DNA of 64,000 bases, taken from the NCBI GenBank assembly GCA_021613535.1, contig CP075496.1, positions 806,001-870,000 of the forward strand. The letters are read 5' to 3'. Below are positions 35,439 through 49,134 of the stretch, in pieces. Source of the stretch: Adineta vaga. Its lineage: Eukaryota; Animalia; Rotifera. Position 1 is the first letter of the stretch. Each line of letters starts with the position of its first letter. Under the pieces are notes generated by a model that saw nothing but the letters and a program-made list of their open reading frames with translations, ran no database searches and had not been told where the DNA came from. The position numbers and the translations under genes were made by a program.

Positions 35439-35834
35439 ATGTCAAGTAAAACGAACGGACCAATTTTACAAATTGATCGTCTTATAATTGATCCGAAAAA
35501 TCCCATAAAACCTAAATCTGTTCGTTCGGGTAAATATTCTCTCATATTAATTTAATGACTGAAAAATCTTTTTGCCTTTTAGATGTTTCACCTTCATCAA
35601 CAATTCGAAGTTTTTTAAATCAATCATCTGAAGAATCTCATTTCTTTTTTCCATCAAATCAAATAAAAATAATTCGTCTAACACTTGAAGATTTACATAA
35701 CAATAAATCCGTATCTGTATGAAATCATTTTAACAAAAACTAAATTAGTTTTAATCGAAATATTTTATTCATAGAATTTAGTTCGTTCTCCAATTTATGA
35801 ATCAATTGATGAAAAACAAAGAAATATTAAATGA
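35439..35834 (+). CDS. Small three-exon hypothetical protein (~94 aa), absent from the ORF track
   Basis: Exons 35439-35529, 35583-35716, 35775-35834 with GT-AG introns and matching phases (1, 0), giving an open frame MSSKTNGPILQIDRLIIDPKNPIKPKSVRSDVSPSS...PIYESIDEKQRNIK*. Confidence 0.6.
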
Positions 35835-35983
35835 AAATATATTATAGATGGATTGAAATCGTTAGTTTTTTTTTTCTTATTTGTTCATTTGTCTTTACCA
35901 ATCAATTTTTTGTTTCTTTCGGTGCCTTGTTAAATAAATAATAATAAGAAGAAGAAGAAGAAAAAAAGTTGATCAAATAAGAA

Positions 35984-37819
35984 ATGGTAGATGATCGAAT
36001 CAGTCAATTAGAAGATTTTCCTGATGAATTATTACTTTTAATTTGTTCATATTTAAATCAAATTGAAATTTTAATTTCATTTTCTTTATTAAATCTTCGT
36101 TTAACGAAAACAATTCATGAATATTTCAAAGAAATTTATTTTAATCGAATACCATTAAAATTACTTTCTTATTTTCGAAACACAATCTTTCCTCAAATCA
36201 ATTCTTATATTCATTCAATCATTTTCCATGATGATCATCAATTAATTCCAATTAATTTACAATTATTTCCTAATCTTAAATCGATTCATTTTCGAAATTA
36301 TTTTTCTTCAGAATATCTTCTTAATATTCAACAAATTCAATTCGATTTAGTTCCTGTTAATATTCAAAATGAATTAATTGAAAAATTATTTTCATCAAAA
36401 GATTTTCTAAATTTAAAAAATTTATCTTTTATTTCTTATCATGGTTCAACATTTTCTAATATTCAACTAACAAATTTAAATTCAATTCAATATTTAACAA
36501 TAACATTAAAAAATAATCTTGATCTTTTCGAACTTCTTCATCTTTTATCATCAACAATTGAACAATTACATATTCATATACTTTACAATGGTCCATTTAA
36601 ATCCTTAACAACAAATCCATTGAAATTAACTAAGCTTCGTTCATTTCATTTGAAAACTACATTTGAACATGCAATTAAATTCAATCAATTAGAAAAATTA
36701 TTAAATGAATCAATGAATTCTTTAGAATATTTATCAATTGAAACATTAACACGTGATGAAGATTATATCAATGGTTATAAATGGGAGAAATGTTTTGAAA
36801 AATTAATTTATTTACAAAAATTTCTATGTTCAATTCGTTATCGTTGTCGAGTTAATGAAGATAATGATGATCAAGAAGAAATTGAAGAGAATTTATTTCA
36901 ATCATTTTCAACTGATTTTTGGATAAATCAACGGAAATGGTTTATTCATTTTTATTCAACTATTTCAATAACAAATGAAAATTTTTTAACAAATTCTTTT
37001 CGAATAAATGCATATAGAAAAATATTTTTATTTACAAATCCATATCCATATGAAAATATCGATATAACAATTGATATTAAGAAAATGAAATCAACTTATG
37101 ATCAATTAGTATCGAAGTATGATGAAGTTTTTCTTTTTTTTTCATTTTAAATAAATGATGTGTTTTTATTTAGAAATATTTATTCTAATGTTCGACATTT
37201 ATATTTTAATGGTGAAAATATTCCAATTGTAATTGAAGATTTAAAGAATCTTCTTTATCAATTTAAATTCATTACTGAATTAAAATTAGATCGTTTATTA
37301 ATCGATTCATCATCGTTAGTTAATCAAATCAAACTTCGTCATCTTGATAAATTAATAATTTATTATAATGAAAATGAAAAAAATCTATTAAATATTAATT
37401 TTCTTGATTTAACATCAATGTATAATCTTCGATATATTCGTATTCCACAAACTTTACTTCTTGATTCATCTCAAATGCCAAAACAACTTGAAACTTTAAT
37501 ATTAACTGATTGTCGTGATCATCATTTTGCTCATATATTGAAATATACGAATTTACGTTTATTGAAATTGTATTTAGATTATTTTGATCGATTATTAGAA
37601 AATTTAGGTGAATCAATTTTTCATTTAATTAAATTAATTTATAATGAAAATCAAACATTGGAATCACTTCAATTGATGTGTCCTGGTGTAAATCAAAGTA
37701 AAGTGAAAATATTTGAAAAACGATTTAATTCAAATCCTATTGATTATTTAACTGCACATTTCGATGGAAAATGTTTAAAAATTAAACGATCAGAAGACTT
37801 TTTTCGTCAATTTCAATAA
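35984..37819 (+). CDS. F-box / LRR-like protein
   Basis: Exons 35984-37116 and 37174-37819 (phase 2). F-box SQLEDFPDELLLLICSYLNQIEILISFSLLNLRL and bdelloid-family motifs INGYKWE..., SFSTDFW, LFTNPY. Confidence 0.87.
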
Positions 37820-38849
37820 TTATTAGTTAAATACTACATTATTCATATTTATCTTCTATTTGGAAAACTTGATAGATTATTTTGTTTTGGTCAGTAGAAA
37901 TGACCATGCTATATACATTTATTCATATAGTAAAACACACTGAATCATAGTAATAAACAAATGATTATAAATTAACACACTTCGTTTTTTGCTTTTTCTA
38001 TAAAGAAAACAGGAAATTAAAAATTTTCATCTAGTTTTCTTCCTTCGCTTGTTATAGAAATATGTTTCATTGAGATTTTGTAGAGAGTTTGAGAAGGAAT
38101 ATTTTGATTAAAACAATCTTTATTTAATGTCTAAAAATATACAAAATACTGAGAGATCCATTTAATTTCGCTCACCCGTTAAATCATTAGTTTTCTCCTA
38201 TAGGTTTATGTGTAGAAGAAAAAATCTAGACAAATCTATTCCAATGCTTGTCCCATGAATGAAAATATCACCATTCGATGCAGAATTAGATTGTGCATCG
38301 AATGGACTCATTTTCATAAATGGAACTTGTTTTTTATATAAAGTTTAATGTAATTCTTTGTTTCGTCGTGCTAGCTCTACTGTGGTAGCTTCACACCAAT
38401 GTGAAATCATCATTCCTGATAGTTGACAACATGTTTTCAATGAAAGGAAAGGTATTTATATAGAAAAGAAAGAGTTGTTTATGATGAAGTATACGTACAT
38501 TGCCTTTTTATATACATGTGAAACAATGGAGAAGACTTTCATTCAAATTCGTCTAGGTAAAACGGAAAATGAAATCTTCTACTTGAAAAACGTAATAGAT
38601 TATTTTATTCGATGATTAGAAATCATCATGCTATATTTATTAATAAGTAAAACAAATTGAATCACAGTAGTACAAATGATTATTCATTAGTCCACGCATC
38701 TCTTAGCGTGCTAAATACAAAACACATTCAGAAGTTTAAACCATGAAATTATTGGTCGGCTTTTCGTTTTTTTGTTGATTTTTCTAAAAATAAACCAAAA
38801 GAAATTTAAAAAGATCGTTTTTTAAACACACCAACTTACTATTCATCAT

Positions 38850-39416
38850 TTTTTCAATACCAGTCTCGTCGATATTTGTGTACAGATTAAATAAATCAAT
38901 ACTGTCCAAAACTATTCAAAAGGTATAATTCATATACTGTCATATTCCAGAAATTTGCTCACCTTTAGTTCCTAATTCTTCTTTCATTAAGTTTCGAATG
39001 GAACTCATGTGCACCTGAATTTTTGCCATCCTTACAAAGATTAATAAATGAGTACGGAATTTTATTAATACGCTAAAAAGGAATGAATGAACATACCACT
39101 CCATTTTTAATAGACCGTCGTCGACCGCTTGCAATGTTTTTAAATCGTCGATTTCTTTGATCACATCTGAAACACTTTTATGAATTACAATACAGTAAAG
39201 AGAATGATTTACCTTCCCATTTGTTCATAGTGAATAGCTGGGTAGCACGTTTGCGACGATGTTGAAGTTGTGTGGTCGCATCTGTTGTGCTTTGAATAAG
39301 TGTGTTCAATATCTAAAGAGTGGAAAAGAATGGTTTCGATTAATTAACAATATTATCTTACGTCTAATAATTTATCGTGAATGTCGGTAGAATTTTCATT
39401 AGTGGTGGGAAACATG
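38850..39416 (-). CDS. Small multi-exon hypothetical helical protein
   Basis: Phase-compatible short exons give MFPTTNENSTDIHDKLLD|ILNTLIQ...FTMNKWE|DVIKEIDDL...LLKMEW|MAKIQVHMSSIRNLMKEELGTK. The 3' end is uncertain and no family is recognised. Confidence 0.45.
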
Positions 39417-39869
39417 ATATTTAAATGTCGCGAACGGCCTAATCTATAGAAAGAAAAGGTTGGAAATGACGAAGAATATGTACATCATCGTTTTATATAC
39501 ACGTAGAACGATAGAAAAGAATTTACTTCAAGCACGTCTAGGCAAAATAAACAATGAAACGGTAGTTAGCTCTCAAATAGACAGAAAGGACAAAACATAA
39601 CTAACGAATGCGATCATGTTTTCTAAATTTGCTTCTCTCATGTCTAGGCCGGTTTGAAACGGTCGACTATTGTGTTATAACTGTATGCATTGACCAGTTA
39701 TAGAATAGAAAGTCACCTCATAGGTTGAAAATATCAGCTTTTATAATAACCATATCAGTGATAAAGAATGCACCTGTGTAATCATAAAATAAGAATTTCA
39801 TTTAAAAAAATATTCATTTGAACTTTACTTTTAACAAATATGAACTCAAATCTAATTTATATGTGATGA

Positions 39870-40133
39870 GAACTGAGTACGATTTCTTTATGAAAGATAT
39901 AGCAGAATTTGTTGAACTGAGTACGATTTCTTTATGAAAGATATAGCAGAATTTGTTGAACTGAGTACGATTTCTTTATGAAAGATATAGCAGAATTTGT
40001 TGAACTGAGTACGATTTCTTTATGAAAGATATAGCAGAATTTGTTGAACTGAGTACGATTTCTTTATGAAAGATATAGCAGAATTTGTTGAACTGAGTAC
40101 GATTTCTTTATGAAAGATATAGCAGAATTTGTT
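39870..40133. repeat. Perfect 44-bp minisatellite, six copies
   Basis: Unit gaactgagtacgatttctttatgaaagatatagcagaatttgtt starts at 39870, 39914, 39958, 40002, 40046 and 40090. No spacers. Confidence 0.95.
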
Positions 40134-40379
40134 GAATTGACGAAGAATAGAAATATTCTATTTATCTCTTTTCTTATTTATTATTATCTGCTTATGATTA
40201 GTCCACAAACGAGACAAGAAAGAAGAAGAAAAAGAGAAAAAAAGAAACGGTAAAAAAAACATCTTTTATCATCAGTTGAAGGAGTTTTAACGAAATAAAC
40301 ACAAACAAAAAAAACGTCATCGTAGATCGAGTTTATCTAATAGGATAAAGACAACAAAAAAAAATCGTTTTCTTGTCAC

Positions 40380-42452
40380 TTATTGCTGTTGATCAGATAC
40401 AACTGGACGACTTTGTTGTTCATTATTGTGTTGATATTGAGATGATCTTTGATATCCATTGCCATTGTAACCAGCATTGCCATTACCTCGATTACCACCA
40501 CGATAATTACCACCACCACCACCACGATTACCTAGACATAATTGTAAAGCTATTTATAAATATTGTTCAATTAAAATCTTTTACCACGATAGTTCGTATT
40601 TGATCCACCTCGTGATCCACCACGACCACCGTTATTGTTGTTTTCATTATATTGTCGTTGTCCACCGCCATAAGAAGCATCATGATGACCACCACCTGAA
40701 ATAAAATGAATAAAAAAGATTTTAAAAATGAATTTCAAACTAACGTGGTCCTCGCCATTGTTGTTGATTGTAATTATTTGGACCACCACGACTGTAATTT
40801 TTATTTCCATTTCCATTATATTGTCCGCCACGATAATTGTTACAATTATTACTACGACGATGTTGCCATTGTTCTTCTGATTGTTGTCCATCTGTTTGCA
40901 TATTATTTGAATGAACAACATTTGATGAATTATCCTAGAATGAAACAAACATAAAGGAAACATTCATAACAAAAAAATGATTTACTTGATCAAAATTAGT
41001 CATTCCTTGTTGTTGTTCTTGAGTTGATGTTTGCTAAAATAGAAGATAATTCTAAATATTATTGTTATGACAAAATTTTACTGTGTATTCTTGTGAAGAA
41101 GAATGAACATTAAATGATTGCATATAATGATTCGAATTATTTGATTGACTTTGAGTGTTATCTGGATTATTCAATGAATCTTGTTTAATTTGTTGATTAT
41201 TATTTGTATTTGATGGTTCAAGAGGAAGAAAGAAAGGACTATCTTGCATAAGTTGATGATATGAAACATTTTGATCACGTGTATCAAATTGTAATGGATG
41301 TTCATTTGGATTAGTTTGAACCAAATGAGTATGAGTTAATGATGATCCTAAAACTAAAAGAACAAAGAAAATATTTCTACTCAATGAAAAAAAAGAAACT
41401 TTTACCATCATTAGTATTGCCTGATTGTTGTGGTTTACTTGGTTCACGTTGTGGAAGAACAGAAGCAGGTGTTGATGGTGGAGCCTGAGGGACAAGTGGT
41501 GTTTGTTTAATTGTTTCAATGAATTGTGTTTGTGGTGGTGGTGTAGATTTTTCTTCTTTAATTACTTGAGATTGATTCATTAATTGTTCAAGTATATCTC
41601 GAACTTCTTGTGATGATCGATTAGTGAGAGTTTTAACGGTTGATGATAATGGTCCACCTTGATAAATTGCTAATACTATATCAACAGAACGAGTTATTGT
41701 ATTTAATGAAACATCTGATGGGACAATAACACGAGCAAGTTCATCTAATAATGATGATTCTTCAGATTTTAATGTCTACAAAAAGAAGAAGAAGAAGATA
41801 AACATTTGAGAAAGATTTGTTTTTGATTTACTGATGGTCGATGATCAAGTAAATATCGAAGTTGAGCATATTCACGAAGACGTTGACTTATTAACAAACG
41901 TTTTTCTTCAGCTGCTTGTTTAATAAGACGTTTCTGACTTTTGCTTGTCTAAAAATACAGATTTTCGTTCTACTAAATCATTGATAGAAGTCAAACTTCC
42001 TTACATCAACTTGAATTTTTTTGATTTGTTCATGAAGATCTTTAACACATTCAATTTGACTAAGAACTTCTCCATATTTGGCCAATGCTTCCTTTTAAAT
42101 CCAATAAAAATAAAAGATTTTATTTATTTTGATTTCTAAATTTTACTTGTTGATCTTTATTTAGTTCTTTTCCACTTTTTGCTTCTTGTTGATAACTTTC
42201 AAGTTTATCCTAATGCGAGACAAAAACTAATGATGTTTCTTTCTTAAAATAAAGATCATTTACTTTTCTTTTGCCTAAATTTCGTTGTTTTTTTTCCAAA
42301 GCAAGAATAATTTGTATGACAGGATCAGTACTGGTTGAATCGGTGGTCATTCCTGCTGCTGATGATGATGATGGCGGTGGTGGTGTTGATTTCCCATCAT
42401 TATTTAATGAGATTTTCGATGTTTGTTGTTGAATATCAGTTACTGATGGCAT
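40380..42452 (-). CDS. CAPRIN1: Caprin-family RNA-granule protein
   Basis: Multi-exon. HR1-type ILALEKKQRNLGKRK|DKLESYQQEAKSGKELNKDQQ|EALAKYGEVLSQIECVKDLHEQIKKI, a Q/N/P-rich middle, and a C-terminal RGG-rich tail (GGRGGSRGGSNTNYRG, NRGGGGNYRGGNRG). Confidence 0.82.
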
Positions 42453-43682
42453 TCTCCTTCAAATTTTCGTATTTTGTTTATCTTTATCTGTTGTATGTAG
42501 ATAATCAATATGAAAATCAAATAATCAAAAGATTACTCAATATGAAATGAACATCTAAAAGAATGATAGAAAAAAAAAGAATTTTCTAGTAACAAATATT
42601 GTCCTTCTTTTAATGGACTGAAGCATAACGTATAGGGTAGATTGGGGAGGCCAATCAATGAAAAGAGGAATATGGTTGTCTACTATCTCTAAAATAATAT
42701 TTCACTTAGAAATTATTTCTAGACTTTTCATTTTTGACGAAGATTTTTATTGCTCTAGTTATAATAGATTACTAATAAATTCAACAACTATTCAAGGTTT
42801 TACAATAGATGGCATTATGCATCAATTCGATCGAGAACTAAATAGTGAGAAATATTTACTAAAAAGGTATCTTTGAATAGTTTGCACTGAAAAACAAAGT
42901 TCTATTTGGAAGCAAAAGATTATGTATCATCGCAATACCCAGATCAATCATTATAATTTGTTTATTTAATTGACTATAAATGATTAGAGATCATAGAATT
43001 TCCTACACATATTTTAGTTTTTGGAGAGACAACATCTCCAGTGTATATTTTGATATTGATTTGTTTACAAAATTCGATTCGTCATCATTATCATCGTCAG
43101 ATAAAAAGATAGTACGATGAAAAATCTATTACATAAACTATACTACAATTAGAACGAATTATATTTTTTCTTTCTTTTTATTACACACCGATTTACGACA
43201 ATTCTTTACCGGTCTCGTGTGTTTTCATTTTAATCATAACTCACACATCGACGCAACTTTGCTATTAAAAAATATTACTTCATCAAAATCTATTGATGCT
43301 AGACCTTTTTTAGATCAAATGACATGATCATATATAACCATCGAAGTTTTAGGTGAACAGGTCGAAACAGAATGTGTCATTGAGAAATTCTTTTTATAAA
43401 ACCGCTTAGGAAAGATAAATTACGTATTAATCATATCATCTTAAATCATCAAAGATTATCATATATTGAAGTTAATTATTGAGACCTCTATATATACATA
43501 TTTCTGAATGATAGTGAAAGAACAATGTGCTTGAAACTTATAGAAATGAGTACTGAATATGAAATGATTTGGAAGAAAAATGTCTTGCCTTTTCTTCTTT
43601 ACTTAATATTCAAGTTATAATACTTGCATCTCATTGTATTTATTTTGTTTTTGTACAATAGTAGAATATACTAATCAATAGA

Positions 43683-45204
43683 TTAGAATCGACCAACTGT
43701 TTCAATGATCTTTTTCTTTGTTTCTTCAGCATTTTTACCTTGATCAACTTGTCTCGACATATCACATAATATACATTCTAAACTATAATTACGCATAGCT
43801 GAGAAATAATTTAACATTTTCTGAAAGTTTTCAGCAACTGGTTCATTTCTCCATTGATGATAACTTTCATATAATGTTCGATTCATTGCTACTTTCTTAA
43901 TAAACAATGCAGCATCTTTCGGTGTTGCAAACTTTCTTAAATCAATAATACAATCAGTTCGACAAGGTAACCAATCATCAACATTCGGTGCACCAAGATA
44001 AATCGGAACACTTCCAGCAACAAATGTATGCCAAAGTTTTTCAGTTATATAATCATGATTTATACTATTTTCAATGGCGATTGTAAATAAATAATCACTT
44101 GTTAAAGCTAATTTTCCAGCTTCCCAATCATAAGTTGCACGATTTTGTAGATTCTGATTAACTGATCGTTGAAGTTTCACAATATGATCGGGTAATGGTC
44201 GAATATTCTTTCCACATGTTCCGAAATTATCAACATCGATATATTGCATTAAATTTTGTACATATGGAGTTCGTTGTGATTTTGTATGACAATTACTATT
44301 CATCCAAAGAATTGGTGCTTTAACATAAGATTCTTTACTCGAATTCTACAAAATATTCATAAAAGATTTTTCTCCAAAATCAATGACTTACTGTTTGTAA
44401 ATTCATCCAATTTGAAGAAGAATTAATTGTTTTTTTCTTTTTCATAACTTCTTCTAAGGAAAGTCTTTTCGGTGTTTTAGTAATCGAATCGACATAATTA
44501 AAAAGCCATGGCCAAGGAATAAATTCATAAATCGATCGATCATAACCATAAGTAACATTGAATAATCTTAATTTATCTTTGTCAGCAGCTGTTGGATAAT
44601 TACTAATCGATTCAAAATTAAATATTAAACCCCACATACTATTTTGACTTCGATAGAGATTATTTAAAACATCAACATATAATTCATTCGAAATTGATGC
44701 ATATGAATCGGCAATAATCGATGGATATGATAAATCATTCGAATCCTTGTGAAATAAATCCAATGCATATCCAACTTTACAAGTAAAATCCGATTTATAC
44801 TCATTATTTCGTACAATTCTTCCACCATTTAAACATTTTATATCATCAAAAGATCCAGCAGATGAATAAATCATTAGACAAGGCAATCGTGAACAGGAAC
44901 GAATGTTATATAATCGACAAAGAGTTTTAGCTAAATGATTTAATTCTTCAGGAATGTCACACCATAATTGACGATCAATTTTCGATAAAATATCATCTCG
45001 TTTAACAAAGATATTCCATTGTGGAAGACTAAAGATATATTTAACTGTTTGATTATTTGTTTGTTTGAAAATTTCATGGGCATTTGTTTTAGGTTTATTA
45101 TCAAGAAAGAAAATTATTAAATAAATATGAATTAATAATAGAATTAGAATTATTAATGAAATGATTTTCCAAAACGATCGTTTTCGACAACAAGAATTTT
45201 TCAT
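43683..45204 (-). CDS. Alpha-1,3-fucosyltransferase (GT10), tandem copy 1
   Basis: Type II TM anchor, one intron at 44346-44391, motif FTIAIENSINHDYITEKLW..FVAGSVPIYLGAPN. Confidence 0.9.
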
Positions 45205-45448
45205 CTAAATAAAAATAAGAATGAAAATGACAAAAAAATATATCGTAAAATAAAAAAGAAGAACTGAAAGTATCTGATTGGTGTGTTCTTTCATTCATTT
45301 ATAATATAGATACATTTATCATTGATATGTCACGCAAATATTATAACGAACGTATGACATATGAAAAAAAAGAGAACAAAATGAAACAAAAATCTGTTTC
45401 GACATTTTTATAATCAAGTTTATTCAATATTAATTTTATATGAGAACA

Positions 45449-47022
45449 TTAAATTCGTCCAACAATTTCACTGATCTTTCTTTTTGTTTCCTTCGAACTT
45501 TGACCTCGATCAACTTCTCTCGACATATCACATAAAACACATTCTAAACTATAATTATGCATCGATGAAAAATAATTCAACATTTTCTGCAATTTTTCAC
45601 GAATTGGTTCATTTCTCCATTGATGATAACTTTCATATAATGTTCGATTCATCGCTACTTTCTTAATAAACAATGCCGCATCTTTTGCTGTTGCAAATTT
45701 TCTTAAATCAATAATACAATCAGTTCGACAAGGTAACCAATCTTCAATATTCGGTGCACCAAGATAAATCGGAACACTTCCAGCAACAAATGTATGCCAA
45801 AGTTTTTCAGTTATATAATCATGATTTATACTATTTTCAATTGCAATTGTAAATAAATAATCACTTGTTAAAGCTAATTTTCCAGCTTCCCAATTATATC
45901 GAGCACGATTTCGTAGATTTCTTTCCGTTGAACCTTCAAGTTTGATAATATGTTCAGGTAATGGTCGAGTATTTGTTCCACATATTCCGAAATTATCAAT
46001 ATCAATGAATTTCATCATCTTTGTTACATATTCAGTTCGTTTTGATAACGTTCGACAATTACTATTCATCCATAGAATTGGTGATTTAACATATGATGAT
46101 TCGCTTGATTTGTTTTCTCCAATAGAATTCTAAACATTTATTGGAATTTCTTTTTCAAAAAAACTCTTTCACTTACTGATGGTAAATTCGTCCAATAAAT
46201 CTCTTTGTTTGACGCAACGTTGATCGGTTGTTTATTTTTCATCACTTGTTCTAATGAAAGCCTCTTTGACGAATCAATGATTCGATCGACATAGTTCATT
46301 AACCATGGATCAGGAATAAAATCATAAACAGATCGATCATAACCAAAACTCACATCGAATAGTTTGAGTTTTTCTCGATCACCAGTCCAAGGATAATAAC
46401 TAAGCGATTCTTCTTTGAAATATACTCCCCACATACTATTACAACTTCGATATTGATTATTCAAAATTTTCACATATAAATCATTTGATATTGGTGAAAA
46501 TGGATCTGCAATAATCGATGGATAAGATTGAGTTTGTGAATCTTTAAGAAACAAATCTAATGAATAACCACGAATGCATTGAAAATCTGGTTGAATTTCT
46601 AAAGATTGATTTGTTCGGATTATTCGTCCATTTTTCAGACAATTCAACTTGATCAATGAATCGGTTGATGAATAAATCAAATGACAAGGTAATCGATTAC
46701 ATTGAAATTGAAATGAATTATATAATCGACAAATAGCATTTGCAATGATTTGTAATTCTTGTGGAACATCACACCATAATATTTGATGTTTATTCGAGTA
46801 AAGTTGATCTTTTGCTAAGAATTTTCTCCAAGATTGAAGATTAAAAATATATTTAATTGTTTCATTTCGTGTTTGATTATTGATAAAATCACATGGAATG
46901 ATTTTTGTTTGAATATAAATGAAATCTTTTTGAAAATAAATAATTTGACTTGAAATTATCAAACAAACACAAGAAATAAAAAGAAAAAAGATTTTCTTTT
47001 TATTATTTTTCATAATTTTCAT
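45449..47022 (-). CDS. Alpha-1,3-fucosyltransferase (GT10), tandem copy 2
   Basis: Type II TM anchor, one intron at 46130-46176, same ENS..DYITEK / GSVPIYLG motif. Confidence 0.9.
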
Positions 47023-47572
47023 AATCTAAAAAAACAAACTAGAATTTTATTCAATTGATTTGTTTTTCCTTCGATTCACAGCAACAATAGAATTCGATGT
47101 TTAGATGAATTCTTTTCATTCTATTAATATCATGACGTCATTGAATATTTACTTTCTCGTACATCTTCTTTCGTTCTCTCAGACGAATATTTGTGAAATA
47201 TCATTCTTATGTACGATTGAAATAAACGAGAATATCATGTAAAAATTCATATTTTCTAAATAGTATAGAACGTGATTTAAAGTACAAAATTTTATGCAAA
47301 CTAACAAAGAAAACATATGAAAAGTAAGTTTTTAACAAATCAAATCATTCATTTTTATTTAGATAGATAATTTGTTTCAATAACCATGAGTTTATTCTGA
47401 AAATTATCGTTTTAATCAAACAAGATCAAACTTCTTCTTCACTTTTAAACATTATACAGAATATCGGATAACATTAATTGAATATTCTTTTTCTTTCCAT
47501 ACGAAATCTTTAGCAATAACAATAACGTATATTTCTTTAAAGGCAGAAAAATCATCAATAATCACCACAACA

Positions 47573-49134
47573 TTAAATTCGTCCAACAATTTCAATTATT
47601 TTCTTCTTTGTTTCTTCCGAACTTTGACCTCGATCAACTTGTCTCGACATATCACATAAAACACATTCTAAATTATAATTACGCATCGATGAAAAATAAT
47701 TCAACATTTTCTGCAATTTTTCACGAATTGGTTCATTTCTCCATTGATGATAACTTTCATATAATGTTCGATTCGTCGCTACTTTCTTGATAAACAATGC
47801 AGCATCTTTCGGTGTTGCAAACTTTCTTAAATCAATAATACAATCAGTTCGACAAGGTAACCAATCATCAACATTCGGTGCACCAAGATAAATTGGAATA
47901 CTTCCGACCAGAAGTGGTTGCCAAAGTTTTTCAGTTATATAATCATAACTAACACTGTTTTCAATTGCGATTGTAAACAGATAATTGTTTGTCAATTCTA
48001 ATTTTCCCGCAACCCAATTATAACTTCCAATGTTCTTAAGACTTTGATTAACTGAACCTTGAATTTCAGCAATGTGTTGGGGTAATGGTCGAATATCCTT
48101 TCCACATGTACCGAAATTATCAATATCAATGAATTTCATCATCTTTGTTACATATTCAGTTCGTTTTGATAAAGTGCGACAATTACTATTCATCCATAGA
48201 ATTGGTGATTTAACATATGATGATTCGCTTGATTTGTTTTCTCCAATAGAATTCTAAACATTTATTGGAATTTCTTTTTCGAAAAAACTCTTTCACTTAC
48301 TGATGGTAAATTCGTCCAATAAATCTCTTTGTTTGACGCAACGTTGATCGGTTGTTTATTTTTCATTACTTGTTCTAATGAAAGTCTCCTCGACGCATCA
48401 ATGATTTGATCAATATAATTCATTAACCATGGATCAGGAATAAAATCATAAACAGATCGATCATAACCAAAACTCACATTAAACAGTTTGAGTTTTTCTC
48501 GATCACCAGTCCAAGGATAATAACTAAGTGATTCGTAATTAAAATAAACTCCCCACATACTATTACAACTTCGATATTGATTATTCAAAATTTTCACATA
48601 TAAATCATTTGATATTGGTGAAAATGGATCTGCAATAATTGATGGATAAGATTGATTTTGTGAATCTTTAAGAAATAAATCTAATGAATAACCAAGTTTA
48701 CATTGAAAATTAGATTGAATATTCTTAATCTTTGTCTTGATTATTTGATAGTTTGAAGTACATTGAACATTGCTTATTGAAGTTGGTGAAGAATAAATCA
48801 AATGACAGGGTAATCGAGTACAGTTAGATACTTCATAGAATCGACAAATAGCATTGGCAATGATTTGTAATTCTTGTGGAACATCACACCATGATGTTTG
48901 ATGTTTATTCGAGTAAAGTTGATCTTTTGCTAAAAAGTTTCTCCAACGTTCAATCTGAAAAATATACTTGATTGTTTCATTTCGTATCTGATCATTAAAA
49001 TCACATTGAATTGTTTTGGGTTGAACGTCATCCATATGAGTACCAGTTCGATGAAGTAAAACTAAGGACGCCAGACTAGATAAACAAATAAGTGTGAAAA
49101 GAAATCTTCTTTTTTTTCTTTTGCGATTTATCAT
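47573..49134 (-). CDS. Alpha-1,3-fucosyltransferase (GT10), tandem copy 3
   Basis: Likely start MINRKRKKRRFLFTLICLSSLASLVLL (basic tail + TM), one intron, motif FTIAIENSVSYDYITEKLWQPLLVGSIPIYLGAPN. Confidence 0.9.

Noticed and set aside
39870-40133. Possible CRISPR array
   Set aside because: Units are contiguous and identical with no spacers, there are no cas genes, and the context is eukaryotic.
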